Both the position numbers and the translations under genes were made by a program. Shown here in pieces: positions 31,001 to 39,401 of a DNA stretch of 64,000 bases. Position 1 is the stretch's first letter; each line of letters starts with the position of its first letter. Where the stretch lies: positions 10,676 through 74,675 of IMG/VR virus record IMGVR_UViG_3300010885_020282. One strand, 5' to 3'. The stretch comes from a virus. Below the pieces are notes generated by a model. That model was not told the DNA's origin, ran no database searches, and saw only the letters and a list, made by a program, of their open reading frames with translations.

Positions 31001-34000
31001 TCAGTGATGATACCACAACATTGTTAGTGGGTGCACCCAATGGCAGCATGATTCGTGCTACTACATTTGACCTAGACCAAACAAGATTTGATTCAGACAG
31101 CACAAACTTTGCTGACCCAACTCCCAATAGTGGTGCTGTGTATTCGTTTGACTCTTTGCCATCAAATAATCCAACTGCATCTAACCCTCTACAGTTTGTG
31201 TTTGGACAACAATTTGTTAATAACAATGTTCAATCCAAAGATCAGTTTGGGTATGCAGTTGACCTATCAACTGGATTGTTGTTGATTGGTTCTCCAGGTA
31301 CTGATTTTAACAATGACAGCCAGACTGATTTTGGCCAAGTGATACAATATCACAATCTTGAAAATCTTCCAGCCTGGCAAGTGATACGATTGCAACAGCC
31401 ATTTGTTGATGTAAACTTGTTGGATACTGTGTTTATCTATGACAACACCACTAGTCAGCCACTTGAATACTTTGATTATTTTGATCCTTTGCAAGGCCGA
31501 ATACTTGGTGCAGTAAGACAAAATATCAATTATATTGGAGCAGTGGATCCTGCCGCATACAATACTGGCGCTTTGAACAACTATGGCGTGCGGTGGGCAG
31601 AGGAGTATGTGGGACAAATATGGTGGGATACCAACAACGTTCGATTCATTGACCCACACCAGTCACAACAAACCACACGTGGCCCTGAACCTGATATTGT
31701 TTATGCAAGCCGTCGATGGGGACAAGTGTTCCCCGGAAGCTCAGTTGATGTTTATCAATGGATTGTCAGCTCAGTACCGCCGATTGACTATACTGGCCCC
31801 GGAACTCCCAAAGATACCACTAGTTATACGGTGTTAACATCACTGGACTCACAGGGATTTTTAACCACTCAGTATTATTTCTGGGCCTCAGGTCTAACCA
31901 CAGTAGCTACATCGTCTAACAAGACTTTGAGTATTACTTCACTGGCAAGATATATTGAAAATCCTCGCAGTAGTGGCATTCCTTACATTGCGCCTATAAC
32001 CTCTAGCACAGTAGCAATCTACAATGGTTTATCCTATATAAATTCGCTAGACTCGGTATTGCATATCGAGTACGACAAGCAAGCCACAGATGATGCTGTG
32101 CACGTTGAATATCAATTGATTGCACAAGACCGTCCAGAATCGTTCTTAAATGCTACGTTATACAGAAAATTATTGGACAGTTTGTCAGGCGAAGACACTG
32201 CCGGCAATGCAGTTCCTGACCCGTTCTTGACACCTACAGAACAATACGGCATACAATTCCGTCCTCGTCAGAGCATGGTTATGAATCGTTTCTTGGCGTT
32301 GAAAAACTATATTACACAAACTAATACAGTGTTGGCGCAGTCCCCAATAGCCGAAACACGACAATTCAATTTGCTCAACAGCTCAGAACCTGAACCAAGT
32401 TCAGCATCAGGTGCATGGAACAAACGTGTGGCCAATCAAGAAGAACTTAGCTATCAAGATTTGTTAGCAGTTCCACTGGGTTACAAATACCTTGTGGCAA
32501 GTGACAGTACACAAAATGGTCTTTGGACCATTTACGAAGTACAAGCTAGCATACTACCTGGTGTGCGTGACCTAGGTCTTGTACGGGTACAAAATTACGA
32601 TACTCGACGTTATTGGAACTATATCAATTGGTACAGCCCTACATATAACCAGTACCAAAGAATTCTACTTGAAGTACCAAATAGATCTAGCCTAGACACA
32701 CTTACAGTGCCAGTGGGTAGTGCTGTGCGTGTGACTGCTAATTCAATTAACAAGTGGGAAATTTATTTGTTAACAGCAACTGGTTGGATACGAGTTGGAT
32801 TACAAGATGGCACGATTGAATTGTCATCTGTGATTTGGGACTACACCGCTGGAAGATTTGGATTTGACAGCGAAGTGTTTGATGCACAATATTATGATCA
32901 AGCACCTATAATTGAGACTCGACAAATCATCAAAGCCATTAACGAAGAATTGTTTATTGGAGATCTGTTAATCGAACGTAATCGATTGTTGGTGTTGATG
33001 TTCAATTACATTCTCAGCGAACAATTGGCTCCTGTCTGGTTGACTAAAACTAGTTTGATTGATGTTGACCATACCATTCGTGAATTGCTGCCATACCCAA
33101 TATACCGCGCAGACAATCAAGACTTTGTGCTCAATTATATCAATGAAGTCAAGCCATATCATGTGCAAATCCGTGAGTTTAATCTTAAATATCGCGGATC
33201 AGATCAGTACTTTGGTTCATTGACTGACTTTGATTTGCCTGCGTATTATGATAATGCAAGAGACATGTTTATTAGTCCAGTGTTGGATAACACAGGTACA
33301 CTCAGCACCACAAGTAGCTTGCCCAGTAGTGATCCAATTTGGTATACTTTCCCTTGGAATCAGTGGTATCAAAACTATCTACTATCAATTCAATCAGTTG
33401 TAATCTATGCTCCTGGTTCAGGCTATACAGAACCACCGATCGTTATAGTTACAGGTGATTGCATACAACCTGCAGTTATGACTGCACAAATTAACACTGC
33501 TGGTGAGGTTGTAGGCATTACCATAGTTGATCCAGGCCAAGGCTATAGTACCACTGCTGTAATCACACTAGATAGCAGTACTGGTACTGGTGCAGAAGTA
33601 TATGCAGTCATGGGCAATAACATGATTCGCAGTATCGCAACCACCATCAAGTATGATCGTTATCAATACAGCACCACAATACTGACATGGGAACCCAATG
33701 TCAGCTACAATGCCGGACAGCAAGTTCGCTATGCTGATCGAGTATGGTCAGCAAATGCCAACAATACAACATCAGTTGAATTTGATTCTTCACAATGGAC
33801 GCTGGTTCCTGCAGGTGATCTAAGCGGTGTTGATCGTACCATGGGATACTATGTACCTACTGTAAACCAGCCGGGACTAGATCTTGGACTATTGATCAGT
33901 GGAGTTGACTACCCTGGAGTACAAGTGTCTGCGCCAGGATTTGATCAGAATGCTGGATTTGATGTTGGCAATTTTGACATGACTCCGTATGACAATATTT

Positions 34001-36186
34001 CAATCAGTGCTGAGGGATTTGTAACATACGATCCTGCTATACTGGATGCAATATATGCAAGCAACTTTGTTGACCCATACTTGGGCACTCGACCAACGGA
34101 TGTTAATGTAGACGGCGGCGCATTTGTTGACACGTATGAAAGTCATGCACCCGAAGAACTTGTACCAGGCATCACATACGATACATTAGACTTGCGAGTT
34201 TTTACTACCCCTGGTGCAGATTGGGCTGGAGACGGACACGGATTCCCGCTACGCGAACGTAATTTTGTTTACAACTCGTTGGTGCCTAATTTGGATTTTT
34301 CTGGATTGTTGTACAATCCTGTCACCATCGAAGTTTATAATCAAACAACCGGAGTTAATTTAAATCTTGGAGTTGATTACGTAGTTGACTGGGTAAACTA
34401 TGTGGTTACAATTACATCACCTATTGTGAATGGCAATGTGTTAACTGTAGTTGCTTATGCACTTGGTGGCGGCAATCAATTGTTCACTCAAACTTATGTT
34501 GGAGATGTAGTTGGAGATGCATTAATTGTGCCAATGACTGAATCGTTGGTTACTGACGCTGTGGTATTCGTCAATGGATTTCAATACACTGATTTTACAT
34601 TCACTTCTGTTCCACCAAGTGGCTATACCTTGATTGAGTTTGCAACAACATTTACAGATCAAGATCGTGTGAGCGTGATTTTGTTTGGGGGCGATACTGC
34701 AACCAACAGTTGGAGTTTGCCAGTTACTCAATACATTGTTAGTGACGGTAGTCTGACATATAATTTGACCAACAGCTTACAAGGTACTAACCCCATCAAC
34801 GTTATAGTCAATAAAAATGGCATAAGAGCAATTCCTTCAGAAACATCTGAATCAATTGGAACCGGATTCCAAACAGTATTCCCGTTGCCCGATGGCCGAC
34901 TGTACGACTTGGATCTTGTGTCTGACAATGATGTTGCAGTTTTTGTTAATGATGTTCAACTGATATTGGGTGTGGGATTTACTGTGCAACCACCAGGTAC
35001 AGTGCCTCGATCAGTTGTGCTGGCTAGCGCACCACCGCCAGTTTCTAGAGTTCTTGTTAGTGTAAGGACTAGAGCACAGTATTGGATTGTCAACAATCAA
35101 ATTACGTTTATACCTTCACAGGGATTCATTCCCACAGTTGGGGACATTATTTCTGTAACAACATGGAATAACACCAATCAGCAAAACATTCTAACTCAAG
35201 TGTTTGCTGGACCTGAAACATCTGGTACAGTAATAACACAACCGTACGATTCAACTGTTTACGATGAAGGCGCTGCCGCAAACGCACCTGGATCTTACGA
35301 CTACTCAGAAGGTATATTGATACAAAATAACCGATTTAATGTTGGAAGATTAATTACTGATCCTGAACGGTTGGTTGTAACTCTCAATGGACGTTATTTG
35401 TTTAACAATCAAGGGTATACTGTGTCGGACACCTATGTGCTGTTAACTGGCCCAATAATTAATGCTGCCTCCATTGTTGTTATCACAAGCTTTGCTAATG
35501 ATGTTGTGCCAGACTCAATGGCGTTCCGGATATTCCAAGACATGCGTGGACAGCAATATACCTATCGCATTACCCATGAAACCAGTACAGAACTAGTTGC
35601 ACCACTGCTGGCTTCTGATGATGTGGTTTATGTAGCTGACGCATCTGTGCTGGGAGAACCTGAACTTGCGTATGGCATTTTTGGTATTATTACTATCAAT
35701 GGAGAGCGTATTACCTATCGTGATCGTGACACAGTTCTCAATACTGTAAGCGGATTACGTCGTGGTACAGCAGGTACTGGAGCAGCTGACCACGCCATCG
35801 GCGCCCCAGTATATGACATGAGCCGTGGCAATTTATTACCAGCTCAGTACCAGAATTACACACAGGCACAAAACTTCTTGGCAAACGGCAGTACTACTAC
35901 ATTCGTGGCCACTGATATTTCAGTAGCAGATGTTGACTCTACTGAGCGTTTAGAGGCTGTTTTGGTGTATGTAGGCGGAACATTGCAAACTGATGGCTAT
36001 ACTATTGGTTCAGCTGACCCATTAACTGTGGTGTTTACTACCGCGCCTGAGTCAGGTTATCAGGTGTCAATACAGGTCAATCGTGGGGTAACTTGGTACG
36101 CACCCGGAACCAGCACTCCTAGCAATGGTGTTCCTTTACAACAAACCAACACCGTGGCTGCAAGATTCCTGAGAGGTGTTATTTGA
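22033..36186 (+). CDS. giant (4717 aa) baseplate/virion structural protein, gp7-position, containing seven FG-GAP-like repeats
   Basis: Uninterrupted 14.2-kb ORF after gp6; N-terminal LLPEIFRT..N.KFL; repeated V..NG/DY beta-sandwich units; KPYH motif; FG-GAP-like blades at about 28740-31350. Confidence 0.75.
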   Translation: MALNRTVNLLPEIFRTDTNRKFLAATLDQLTQEPNLKKTQGYVGRRVGPGVNPADNYVVESTAVRTDYQLEPGVVFLKPNTGTAEDAITYPGMIDSLALQNAKTNKQDRLWESEYYSWDPFCDLDKFTNYSQYYWLPGGPDSVNVSSTDIPLTDDFVVTRNVLDYTFSGVPGKNPIVYLARGGTYNFTTNQAGYAFWIQSAPGITGTLPPTPNISSRAVLGVVNNGSETGVTTFYVPAKTAQDFYYTLPTLTSVDLVSDLQFSQINNIRLSAFLEQYPTGIDGESQLDGKTLIFSNTIQDAAQGGWQIITDSSVTNITSQSQRYSVWTVRYVYDSGLDPLITLSSTATVPNLTKFSILYGATYSVTQWYKDSSGYFEQVPLLSAVQDVLYYQDGSNPEIRGEIRLIDFQNVEPIDINDIVGAKNYTSPNGVVFTNGLKVQFRGPTVPAQFENLEYYVEGVGTGPGGQYRVGFIDGEAYFGMYHLVNNQKVTGTASDTTFQQYIYDTVEESLANIGAGTPLGAPLPQVSVPGADLGNGIRLVPVDSLVTPETYTKNELIPYDSLAYDVGPYDDSLNSPLIQDYITQNRSSSDRNAWSRSNRWFHIDVINYTSELNNITPVINNAQRASRPIIEFRANLRLWNMGTLAKDPVNIIDFTETDALSNINGQTGYGIDGYTFLSGTRVIFAADLDAQVRNRIYEVTFIDPDNSGKLIIDLVPAYDSDLQLSQTVVCLNGATLQGISFWFDGVTWQRAQEKTNVNQPPLFDVYDIQGRSFGDRTAYPSSSFEGCRLFGYAEGMTSTVDAVLGLSLKYLNINNVGDIVFQNYLYSDNFIYVTNNISTEVPVSTGFVRQYIDRVTFSNQIGWQTAAATSRSRQVFRFVANGSPLVLDVPVDQAQLLPAVQVFIGSSFIDPGQYSVVVLGNNTTITFSTQPVVGSIIEVLATSNQASSVAFYEIPINLENNAQNGNSTSFTLGTIRTHYETIAQNLKLLTGPINGANNSRDLGDIIPYGTNIIQNSSPLLLAGVFLRRQQYELFNSLNFNSQEYTKYKALLLDLAARGNFINSTPTQVLDTITQEIALTRNESFPFFWTDMLPAGETYTDLSYTVTPITTGTFDTTAVYDLTSSNYQAVLVYLNGNILTLNRDYTVPVDTATVFVSVPLAVGDVVTIREYATTYGSFVPNTPTKMGLYPAWQPKMYLDETYLTPTMVIQGHDGSITVAFDDVRDAVLLEFETRIYNNLKIHSRIPLTVADVVPGQFRDTNYTLTEINNILTPDFLSWIGWNKLDYVAQDYVAGNPFTYNYSQSGNKLNQQPLLGAWRGIYNYFYDTMTPNTTPWEMLGFTEEPDWWQDYYGPAPYTSGNLVLWQDLEAGFIADPNNPRFAPEYARPGLTQVIPSGSQGELLPPTESVVGNYDTTSFRRSWVFGDDGPVESTWKTSSAWPFSVMRLLALTKPAEFFSLFVDRDRYVYDTTLNQYLWDQRYRLTPENIAPLNGSKVSRASYMNWIIDYNRQRGVDSSVDLAVQLNALDVRLCWRMSAFSDKRYLKIYTERSTLGGTNASLLLPDESYQLLLYQNPPFNKITYSSVVVQVVDGGWAVYGYNNSAAYFEILASKPNGLSVTISAGGSAERVPVEYTNTIVQVPYGYVFTNRSAVCDFLYSYGELLTQRGLEFEGIENGYIMNWQQMAQEFLYWSNQGWQTGTSIINLNPGATSISVTQPGAVVESIFPPRLDSVVLNQNRTAIPPAELVIDRLENTFKITSVNSNTINFLNLRFTAYEHLMVLDNRSIFADLLYDPITGARQSRVLVAGWLSGDWNGTVNAPGFVLNQDNIREWVPNRKYSKGEIVLFKDQYWSANSIVQPSATFDFNAWIKSDYNEIQQGLLPNAANVSDQLAQSYSVYDANLETEIDLFSYGLIGFRPRQYMQALNLDDVSQVQLYQQFLGSKGTRPSLEIFSYADLGKETAQYNIYEYWAILRSTYGANANRSYFDLLLNASKLISDPALVQIINPGTTSQADQTVFVQDILKSNYKITSPNILPTTLVVPDNALPTAGYVDLEDVDITVFDLSNNATLNSQLDNIGVATTIWVARVNTYDWAIYRSEKVPGAIVSVEDNLNNNSIVTFNQAHGLTAGDTVIIKYFSDAINGAYQVLSVPSIYTIIVDYAFTGFQTTEVGNGFAFTLQPCRVHQPSDIKLLPYANELLPGSRAWVDDNSFGRWTVLEKTDPFVQAETLTPFTPVTGSRYGSSIAQGLLNVSALVGAPGYNPANQAIVPGAVYVYVKTDQDVYDQNTVLTLNATNASGYGNSMDIGNKSWAIVGASDSNYGQGYAATIYVAPGTSVFEQRQLLISPTRKFDGGEFGYSVTMSLDEHWIYVSSPGHNEVHAYARTEVQQQFVDYITDGVTATYNWSDSILIDYTKPGQLSVRLEDRLLSYPGDYLVNSTNIVLNSAPVAGQQLSINRNFVVQLDQKFMTGVVATGGSGSGATFTVNNVRGVYTVNLDNGGTGYTAGNTLTILGTDVETQDSPASNPANNITITVDTVDGSGTILSIVDPVNGQGVRTQDHFDLTDYLATAVDIYSFTVTVNDVLMRPEIDYDFNSDSSFIDPMILVFTTPPPPGARIIVNSSTYFSYVATLPTDGLGLTVGDRFGHSISCNSTGSHVTVGTPNINNDSGRAFVFDRNIQQFIVSDATQTEYYTEQSLETPGSVMVSLNGTYLLPTALNFNSGFEVDVSNPSNQFVNITATLNVGDVIEVSTNQFTLLEVVDSVDASSEAQFGYKVDQCINDCSWYVSAPFDSSILTGAGRVEFWQNQSRVYGTTTSTVANPTLTTGDFIRIDNMFVAIDGTTVADFVDSVNSANIPNVVASLTSNLTLEADGTSKVYDIGNIYAAAGTIDETIVYVDNVLQTYNTDYVYNNTTQQITFTNAPFNTAEILIVSGRMTISVKNYDASTPGNRLQVLPGTGTLFDDVGFNTYIHEQTIVSPVPQVEAHFGQGLFISDDTTTLLVGAPNGSMIRATTFDLDQTRFDSDSTNFADPTPNSGAVYSFDSLPSNNPTASNPLQFVFGQQFVNNNVQSKDQFGYAVDLSTGLLLIGSPGTDFNNDSQTDFGQVIQYHNLENLPAWQVIRLQQPFVDVNLLDTVFIYDNTTSQPLEYFDYFDPLQGRILGAVRQNINYIGAVDPAAYNTGALNNYGVRWAEEYVGQIWWDTNNVRFIDPHQSQQTTRGPEPDIVYASRRWGQVFPGSSVDVYQWIVSSVPPIDYTGPGTPKDTTSYTVLTSLDSQGFLTTQYYFWASGLTTVATSSNKTLSITSLARYIENPRSSGIPYIAPITSSTVAIYNGLSYINSLDSVLHIEYDKQATDDAVHVEYQLIAQDRPESFLNATLYRKLLDSLSGEDTAGNAVPDPFLTPTEQYGIQFRPRQSMVMNRFLALKNYITQTNTVLAQSPIAETRQFNLLNSSEPEPSSASGAWNKRVANQEELSYQDLLAVPLGYKYLVASDSTQNGLWTIYEVQASILPGVRDLGLVRVQNYDTRRYWNYINWYSPTYNQYQRILLEVPNRSSLDTLTVPVGSAVRVTANSINKWEIYLLTATGWIRVGLQDGTIELSSVIWDYTAGRFGFDSEVFDAQYYDQAPIIETRQIIKAINEELFIGDLLIERNRLLVLMFNYILSEQLAPVWLTKTSLIDVDHTIRELLPYPIYRADNQDFVLNYINEVKPYHVQIREFNLKYRGSDQYFGSLTDFDLPAYYDNARDMFISPVLDNTGTLSTTSSLPSSDPIWYTFPWNQWYQNYLLSIQSVVIYAPGSGYTEPPIVIVTGDCIQPAVMTAQINTAGEVVGITIVDPGQGYSTTAVITLDSSTGTGAEVYAVMGNNMIRSIATTIKYDRYQYSTTILTWEPNVSYNAGQQVRYADRVWSANANNTTSVEFDSSQWTLVPAGDLSGVDRTMGYYVPTVNQPGLDLGLLISGVDYPGVQVSAPGFDQNAGFDVGNFDMTPYDNISISAEGFVTYDPAILDAIYASNFVDPYLGTRPTDVNVDGGAFVDTYESHAPEELVPGITYDTLDLRVFTTPGADWAGDGHGFPLRERNFVYNSLVPNLDFSGLLYNPVTIEVYNQTTGVNLNLGVDYVVDWVNYVVTITSPIVNGNVLTVVAYALGGGNQLFTQTYVGDVVGDALIVPMTESLVTDAVVFVNGFQYTDFTFTSVPPSGYTLIEFATTFTDQDRVSVILFGGDTATNSWSLPVTQYIVSDGSLTYNLTNSLQGTNPINVIVNKNGIRAIPSETSESIGTGFQTVFPLPDGRLYDLDLVSDNDVAVFVNDVQLILGVGFTVQPPGTVPRSVVLASAPPPVSRVLVSVRTRAQYWIVNNQITFIPSQGFIPTVGDIISVTTWNNTNQQNILTQVFAGPETSGTVITQPYDSTVYDEGAAANAPGSYDYSEGILIQNNRFNVGRLITDPERLVVTLNGRYLFNNQGYTVSDTYVLLTGPIINAASIVVITSFANDVVPDSMAFRIFQDMRGQQYTYRITHETSTELVAPLLASDDVVYVADASVLGEPELAYGIFGIITINGERITYRDRDTVLNTVSGLRRGTAGTGAADHAIGAPVYDMSRGNLLPAQYQNYTQAQNFLANGSTTTFVATDISVADVDSTERLEAVLVYVGGTLQTDGYTIGSADPLTVVFTTAPESGYQVSIQVNRGVTWYAPGTSTPSNGVPLQQTNTVAARFLRGVI

Positions 36187-36188
36187 CA

Positions 36189-36194
36189 TAAATA
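36189..36194 (+). promoter_or_regulatory. late promoter core TAAATA
   Basis: caTAAATAtt 7 bp upstream of ATG 36202. Confidence 0.6.
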
Positions 36195-36201
36195 TTTTAC
36201 T

Positions 36202-36351
36202 ATGACAGACAATAAACAAACCTCACCGCCTACTACAAATGTTGCACCAAAGTCGCATAAACCTGACGATGCGGGCAACATAGTAATCAGCGGGTTTGTG
36301 CGTATTAGTGACCCAGAAACAAAAGAAACTATCCTTGAGGTACGAGAATAA
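36202..36351 (+). CDS. 49-aa small virion-associated protein (not in ORF track)
   Basis: MTDNKQTSPPTTNVAPKSHKPDDAGNIVISGFVRISDPETKETILEVRE*; preceded by late promoter, stop overlaps next ATG (TAATG); similar to N-terminus of 36351-36953. Confidence 0.7.
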   Translation: MTDNKQTSPPTTNVAPKSHKPDDAGNIVISGFVRISDPETKETILEVRE

Positions 36352-36953
36352 TGTTAACTATCCCAGTGGCTGTGCAAGGATTCCTGCGCATTTATGACCC
36401 CAACAACCAAGAAACATTTGTTGAAAAACAAAATGCGATCCATTACGAAAACATGAGTATTGCGTTGGCTCAGAGTATTGCTGATAAAAATATCGGATAC
36501 ATCTATGCCATGGCATTTGGGAATGGTGGATCTAGCGTGGATCCCACAGGAGTTATTACGTATTTGCCCCCAAACACAACAGGACAAAACGCAGATTTAT
36601 ACAATCAAACCTATATCAAAGTAGTAGACGGAAATTCAGCTGCCAATACTGACCCTACTCGCAATAACTTAACAGTGTTGCACACATCGGGGCAAGTTTA
36701 TACAGATGTTCTAGTAACTTGTTTGTTGGACTACGGCGAGCCGCCCGGACAACAAGCATTTGATAATAGTACAAATTTTAACGGTGAGTATGTGTTTGAC
36801 GAACTGGGACTTAAAGCTTGGGAAGGATCATCTTCTGATCTCATTCTTTTAACTCATGTAATATTCCATCCTGTACAAAAAAGTTTGAATCGACAGATTC
36901 AAATAGATTATACAGTTAGAATTCAAACGCTAACCAACCTTAGCGTGGCATAA
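36351..36953 (+). CDS. virion structural protein, baseplate/tail-collar-like
   Basis: 200 aa in tail module; MAFGNGG and FDELGL...LLTHVIFHPVQKS.NR...I.YT pattern similar to tail-collar/fibre attachment domains. Confidence 0.6.
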   Translation: MLTIPVAVQGFLRIYDPNNQETFVEKQNAIHYENMSIALAQSIADKNIGYIYAMAFGNGGSSVDPTGVITYLPPNTTGQNADLYNQTYIKVVDGNSAANTDPTRNNLTVLHTSGQVYTDVLVTCLLDYGEPPGQQAFDNSTNFNGEYVFDELGLKAWEGSSSDLILLTHVIFHPVQKSLNRQIQIDYTVRIQTLTNLSVA

Positions 36954-36981
36954 ATATCTATATATAAAATGCCCATAAATA
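36951..36981 (+). promoter_or_regulatory. two tandem late promoter cores TAAATA (36951-36956, 36976-36981)
   Basis: caTAAATA twice, followed by GGAG and ATG 37006. Confidence 0.6.
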
Positions 36982-37005
36982 AGGTAGACACGGAGTAAAC
37001 AACAC

Positions 37006-38367
37006 ATGGCATATACCATTAATTTAACGGATGGCAGTATATTTGCAACAATTGCAGATGGTACCATCAACACAAGCTCTAGCATGATCCTAGTAGGTAA
37101 AAACTATGCTGGATATGGTGAGTTTTTAGACGAAAACTTTATACACTTGCTGGAGAACGGTGCTAATAATACCGCACCGAGTGCTCCGTTAACTGGCCAA
37201 CTTTGGTGGGATAAAACCAACAATGTTATGAAAGTTTACAACGGTAGTACTTTCAAGGTTATATCAGCAAGTACAGCGTCTGCTAGTGCACCTAGTTCAA
37301 ACGTAGCAGGCGACTTATGGTTTGACACAGTTAATCAACAGCTAAAAGTCTACAATGGCAGCGCCTGGATCTTGGTTGGCCCTGCATCAACATCTGGCCA
37401 AGGCACATCTGGTGCAATTGTTACAACTCTAGTAGACAATCTCAGTAACGACCACATTGTAATTCAATTATGGACCAATGATGTCATAGTTGGTATCATA
37501 TCTAAAGACTTACCAGCATGGACTCCTGTTCCTTCTATCACAGGATTTGCTACAATTAGCCCGGGCTTCCAACTTAGTTCAACAGTTTCTGGTGCATACT
37601 TCCAAGGTACTGCTACCAATGCACTGGCCTTAGGCGGCGCAAATGCATCAACATTTTTGAGAGCCAACACAAACGTTACAACATCCGGCACGTTTGGTAT
37701 TTTAAACAACGGTGGTCTCACAGTTGGAGAAAACCAAGATGGTAAACTACTGGTTAACGGGGTTAATTCCACAGTGAGTTTACAAAATCAAACAGCAGAC
37801 GCTAATATCAGTATCATTGTCAATGACGGTGGCGTACAAACCACAGCATTGTCTGTTAATGGCGCAACATCTCAAACAGGTGTGTTGGGCCTAACAAACT
37901 TAAATGCTAATGGCATTGGAAACTTGGGATCAAACTCAAGCTATTTTAACACAGTTTTTGCCACAGCAACCACAGCTCTATATGCTGACGTTGCAGAACG
38001 ATTTGAAGCAGACGAACTGCTAGCACCCGGGACAGTGGTTGAACTAGGCGGTGCAAAAGAAATTACTCGTGCTACTCAAGCACTCAGCGACACTGTATTT
38101 GGTGTTATCAGTACACGCCCAGCATATACCATGAACGGTGGCGCTGGCGATGACAATACACATCCTAGAGTGGCCATGACTGGGCGTGTACCGGTACAAG
38201 TTACTGGTAATATTAACAAAGGTGACCGGTTGGTAGCAGCCGGCGATGGGCTAGCCCGTGCCGCACAACCCGGTGAAGCTACAGCATTTAATGTTATTGG
38301 TCGTTCACTCGAAACCAAGCATGCTAGTGGTAAACATGTGGTTGAAGCTATCGTAACAATTAAATAA
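37006..38367 (+). CDS. tail fibre protein with C-terminal intramolecular-chaperone autocleavage domain (Peptidase G2/S74-like)
   Basis: GQLWWD...KVYNG and GDLWFD...KVYNG..W fibre repeats; C-terminal YADVAE.F....GTVV...GVIS..P..MN...VA..GRVPV.V.G...KGD.LV...IG..LE. Confidence 0.75.
   Translation: MAYTINLTDGSIFATIADGTINTSSSMILVGKNYAGYGEFLDENFIHLLENGANNTAPSAPLTGQLWWDKTNNVMKVYNGSTFKVISASTASASAPSSNVAGDLWFDTVNQQLKVYNGSAWILVGPASTSGQGTSGAIVTTLVDNLSNDHIVIQLWTNDVIVGIISKDLPAWTPVPSITGFATISPGFQLSSTVSGAYFQGTATNALALGGANASTFLRANTNVTTSGTFGILNNGGLTVGENQDGKLLVNGVNSTVSLQNQTADANISIIVNDGGVQTTALSVNGATSQTGVLGLTNLNANGIGNLGSNSSYFNTVFATATTALYADVAERFEADELLAPGTVVELGGAKEITRATQALSDTVFGVISTRPAYTMNGGAGDDNTHPRVAMTGRVPVQVTGNINKGDRLVAAGDGLARAAQPGEATAFNVIGRSLETKHASGKHVVEAIVTIK
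38361..38366 (+). promoter_or_regulatory. late promoter core TAAATA
   Basis: Overlaps upstream stop; followed by AAGGA and ATG 38383. Confidence 0.5.
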
Positions 38368-38382
38368 CAAGGAAGAATTAAC

Positions 38383-39381
38383 ATGACTTATTCACTAGGT
38401 GGCTTAATACAAGCAACAGACTATAATGGTTTTGCAGCCAACACCGCAGGTGCCAATGTCAACGATATCTGGGCAACAGGTGCAACTGATAAAGGTTACG
38501 GCCAAAGTGCCTTGGCCACGGTATCAGCAGCCGGTACAGTCACAGCCACTCAGTGGGCTGGACTAGTTAACAACATTAGCAGTATGGCCAGTCACACTGG
38601 CACCAGTATCACAGCTCGTAGTGCACCAACAGCAGGCAACACAATCAATATCCTGGCAGCTCTAAACACTGACCTAACCAATATCACAACCAACCGCGGA
38701 AACGCGGCAGCATCTGGTACTGAGTATGGTACGTTTTCGGGTACTACTAGTCAAACTTCTGCTGTGGGATCTGGTACTGCTGCCTGGACCATTACATTCA
38801 CACACACTGTGACTTTTGCTAGTGCCAATGCATTAAGATACTTCTTTAATGCTGGCGGTATTGTGCGCCTCAAATATGGCAAAAGCTCAACTGGAACCGA
38901 CAATGATCCAGATTGGAACACCTTTGCCGGGCTGTGCGGGTCAATTAATTTGACAGGTCGTGTAAACGCTACCACCAACACAATTGCCGGCCAGGCCTAC
39001 ACCGGAACCACCCGTCTTGGTGGTGGTGGCGGTACACAAACTACTTTGGCCACAACCACAGGATGGTACAATTTAACTGGATCACCTACAACAATATTCC
39101 AGTTAAACAACGCTACAGCACCATATTCGGGTGAATATATTCGTACCACAGCCACAGCAACATCCAGCACAGTATTGACCTTGGTCACCACCTGGGTCAG
39201 TGATGGTAGTTCAGGAGCTGGTACATCAGCTAATATTACAGGTGGTACAGCAACCTCAAGTCCAAGCACCACAATCTCAGGCACAGCACCTACTACATTA
39301 TGCACCTACTTGCCACCTAGTTCAACATACTTGACCACTGCCGCTTGGGGCACACCTACTATTGCTGCCTCAGTAGCATAA
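38383..39381 (+). CDS. Thr/Gly/Ala/Ser-rich virion structural (tail/fibre-associated) protein
   Basis: 332 aa; G.LI.A.DYN, GYGQ, VTA.QW, RYFFNAGG motifs typical of phage tail-associated proteins; last gene before terminator. Confidence 0.6.
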   Translation: MTYSLGGLIQATDYNGFAANTAGANVNDIWATGATDKGYGQSALATVSAAGTVTATQWAGLVNNISSMASHTGTSITARSAPTAGNTINILAALNTDLTNITTNRGNAAASGTEYGTFSGTTSQTSAVGSGTAAWTITFTHTVTFASANALRYFFNAGGIVRLKYGKSSTGTDNDPDWNTFAGLCGSINLTGRVNATTNTIAGQAYTGTTRLGGGGGTQTTLATTTGWYNLTGSPTTIFQLNNATAPYSGEYIRTTATATSSTVLTLVTTWVSDGSSGAGTSANITGGTATSSPSTTISGTAPTTLCTYLPPSSTYLTTAAWGTPTIAASVA

Positions 39382-39401
39382 TCTGGCAACATAGTACATG
39401 A

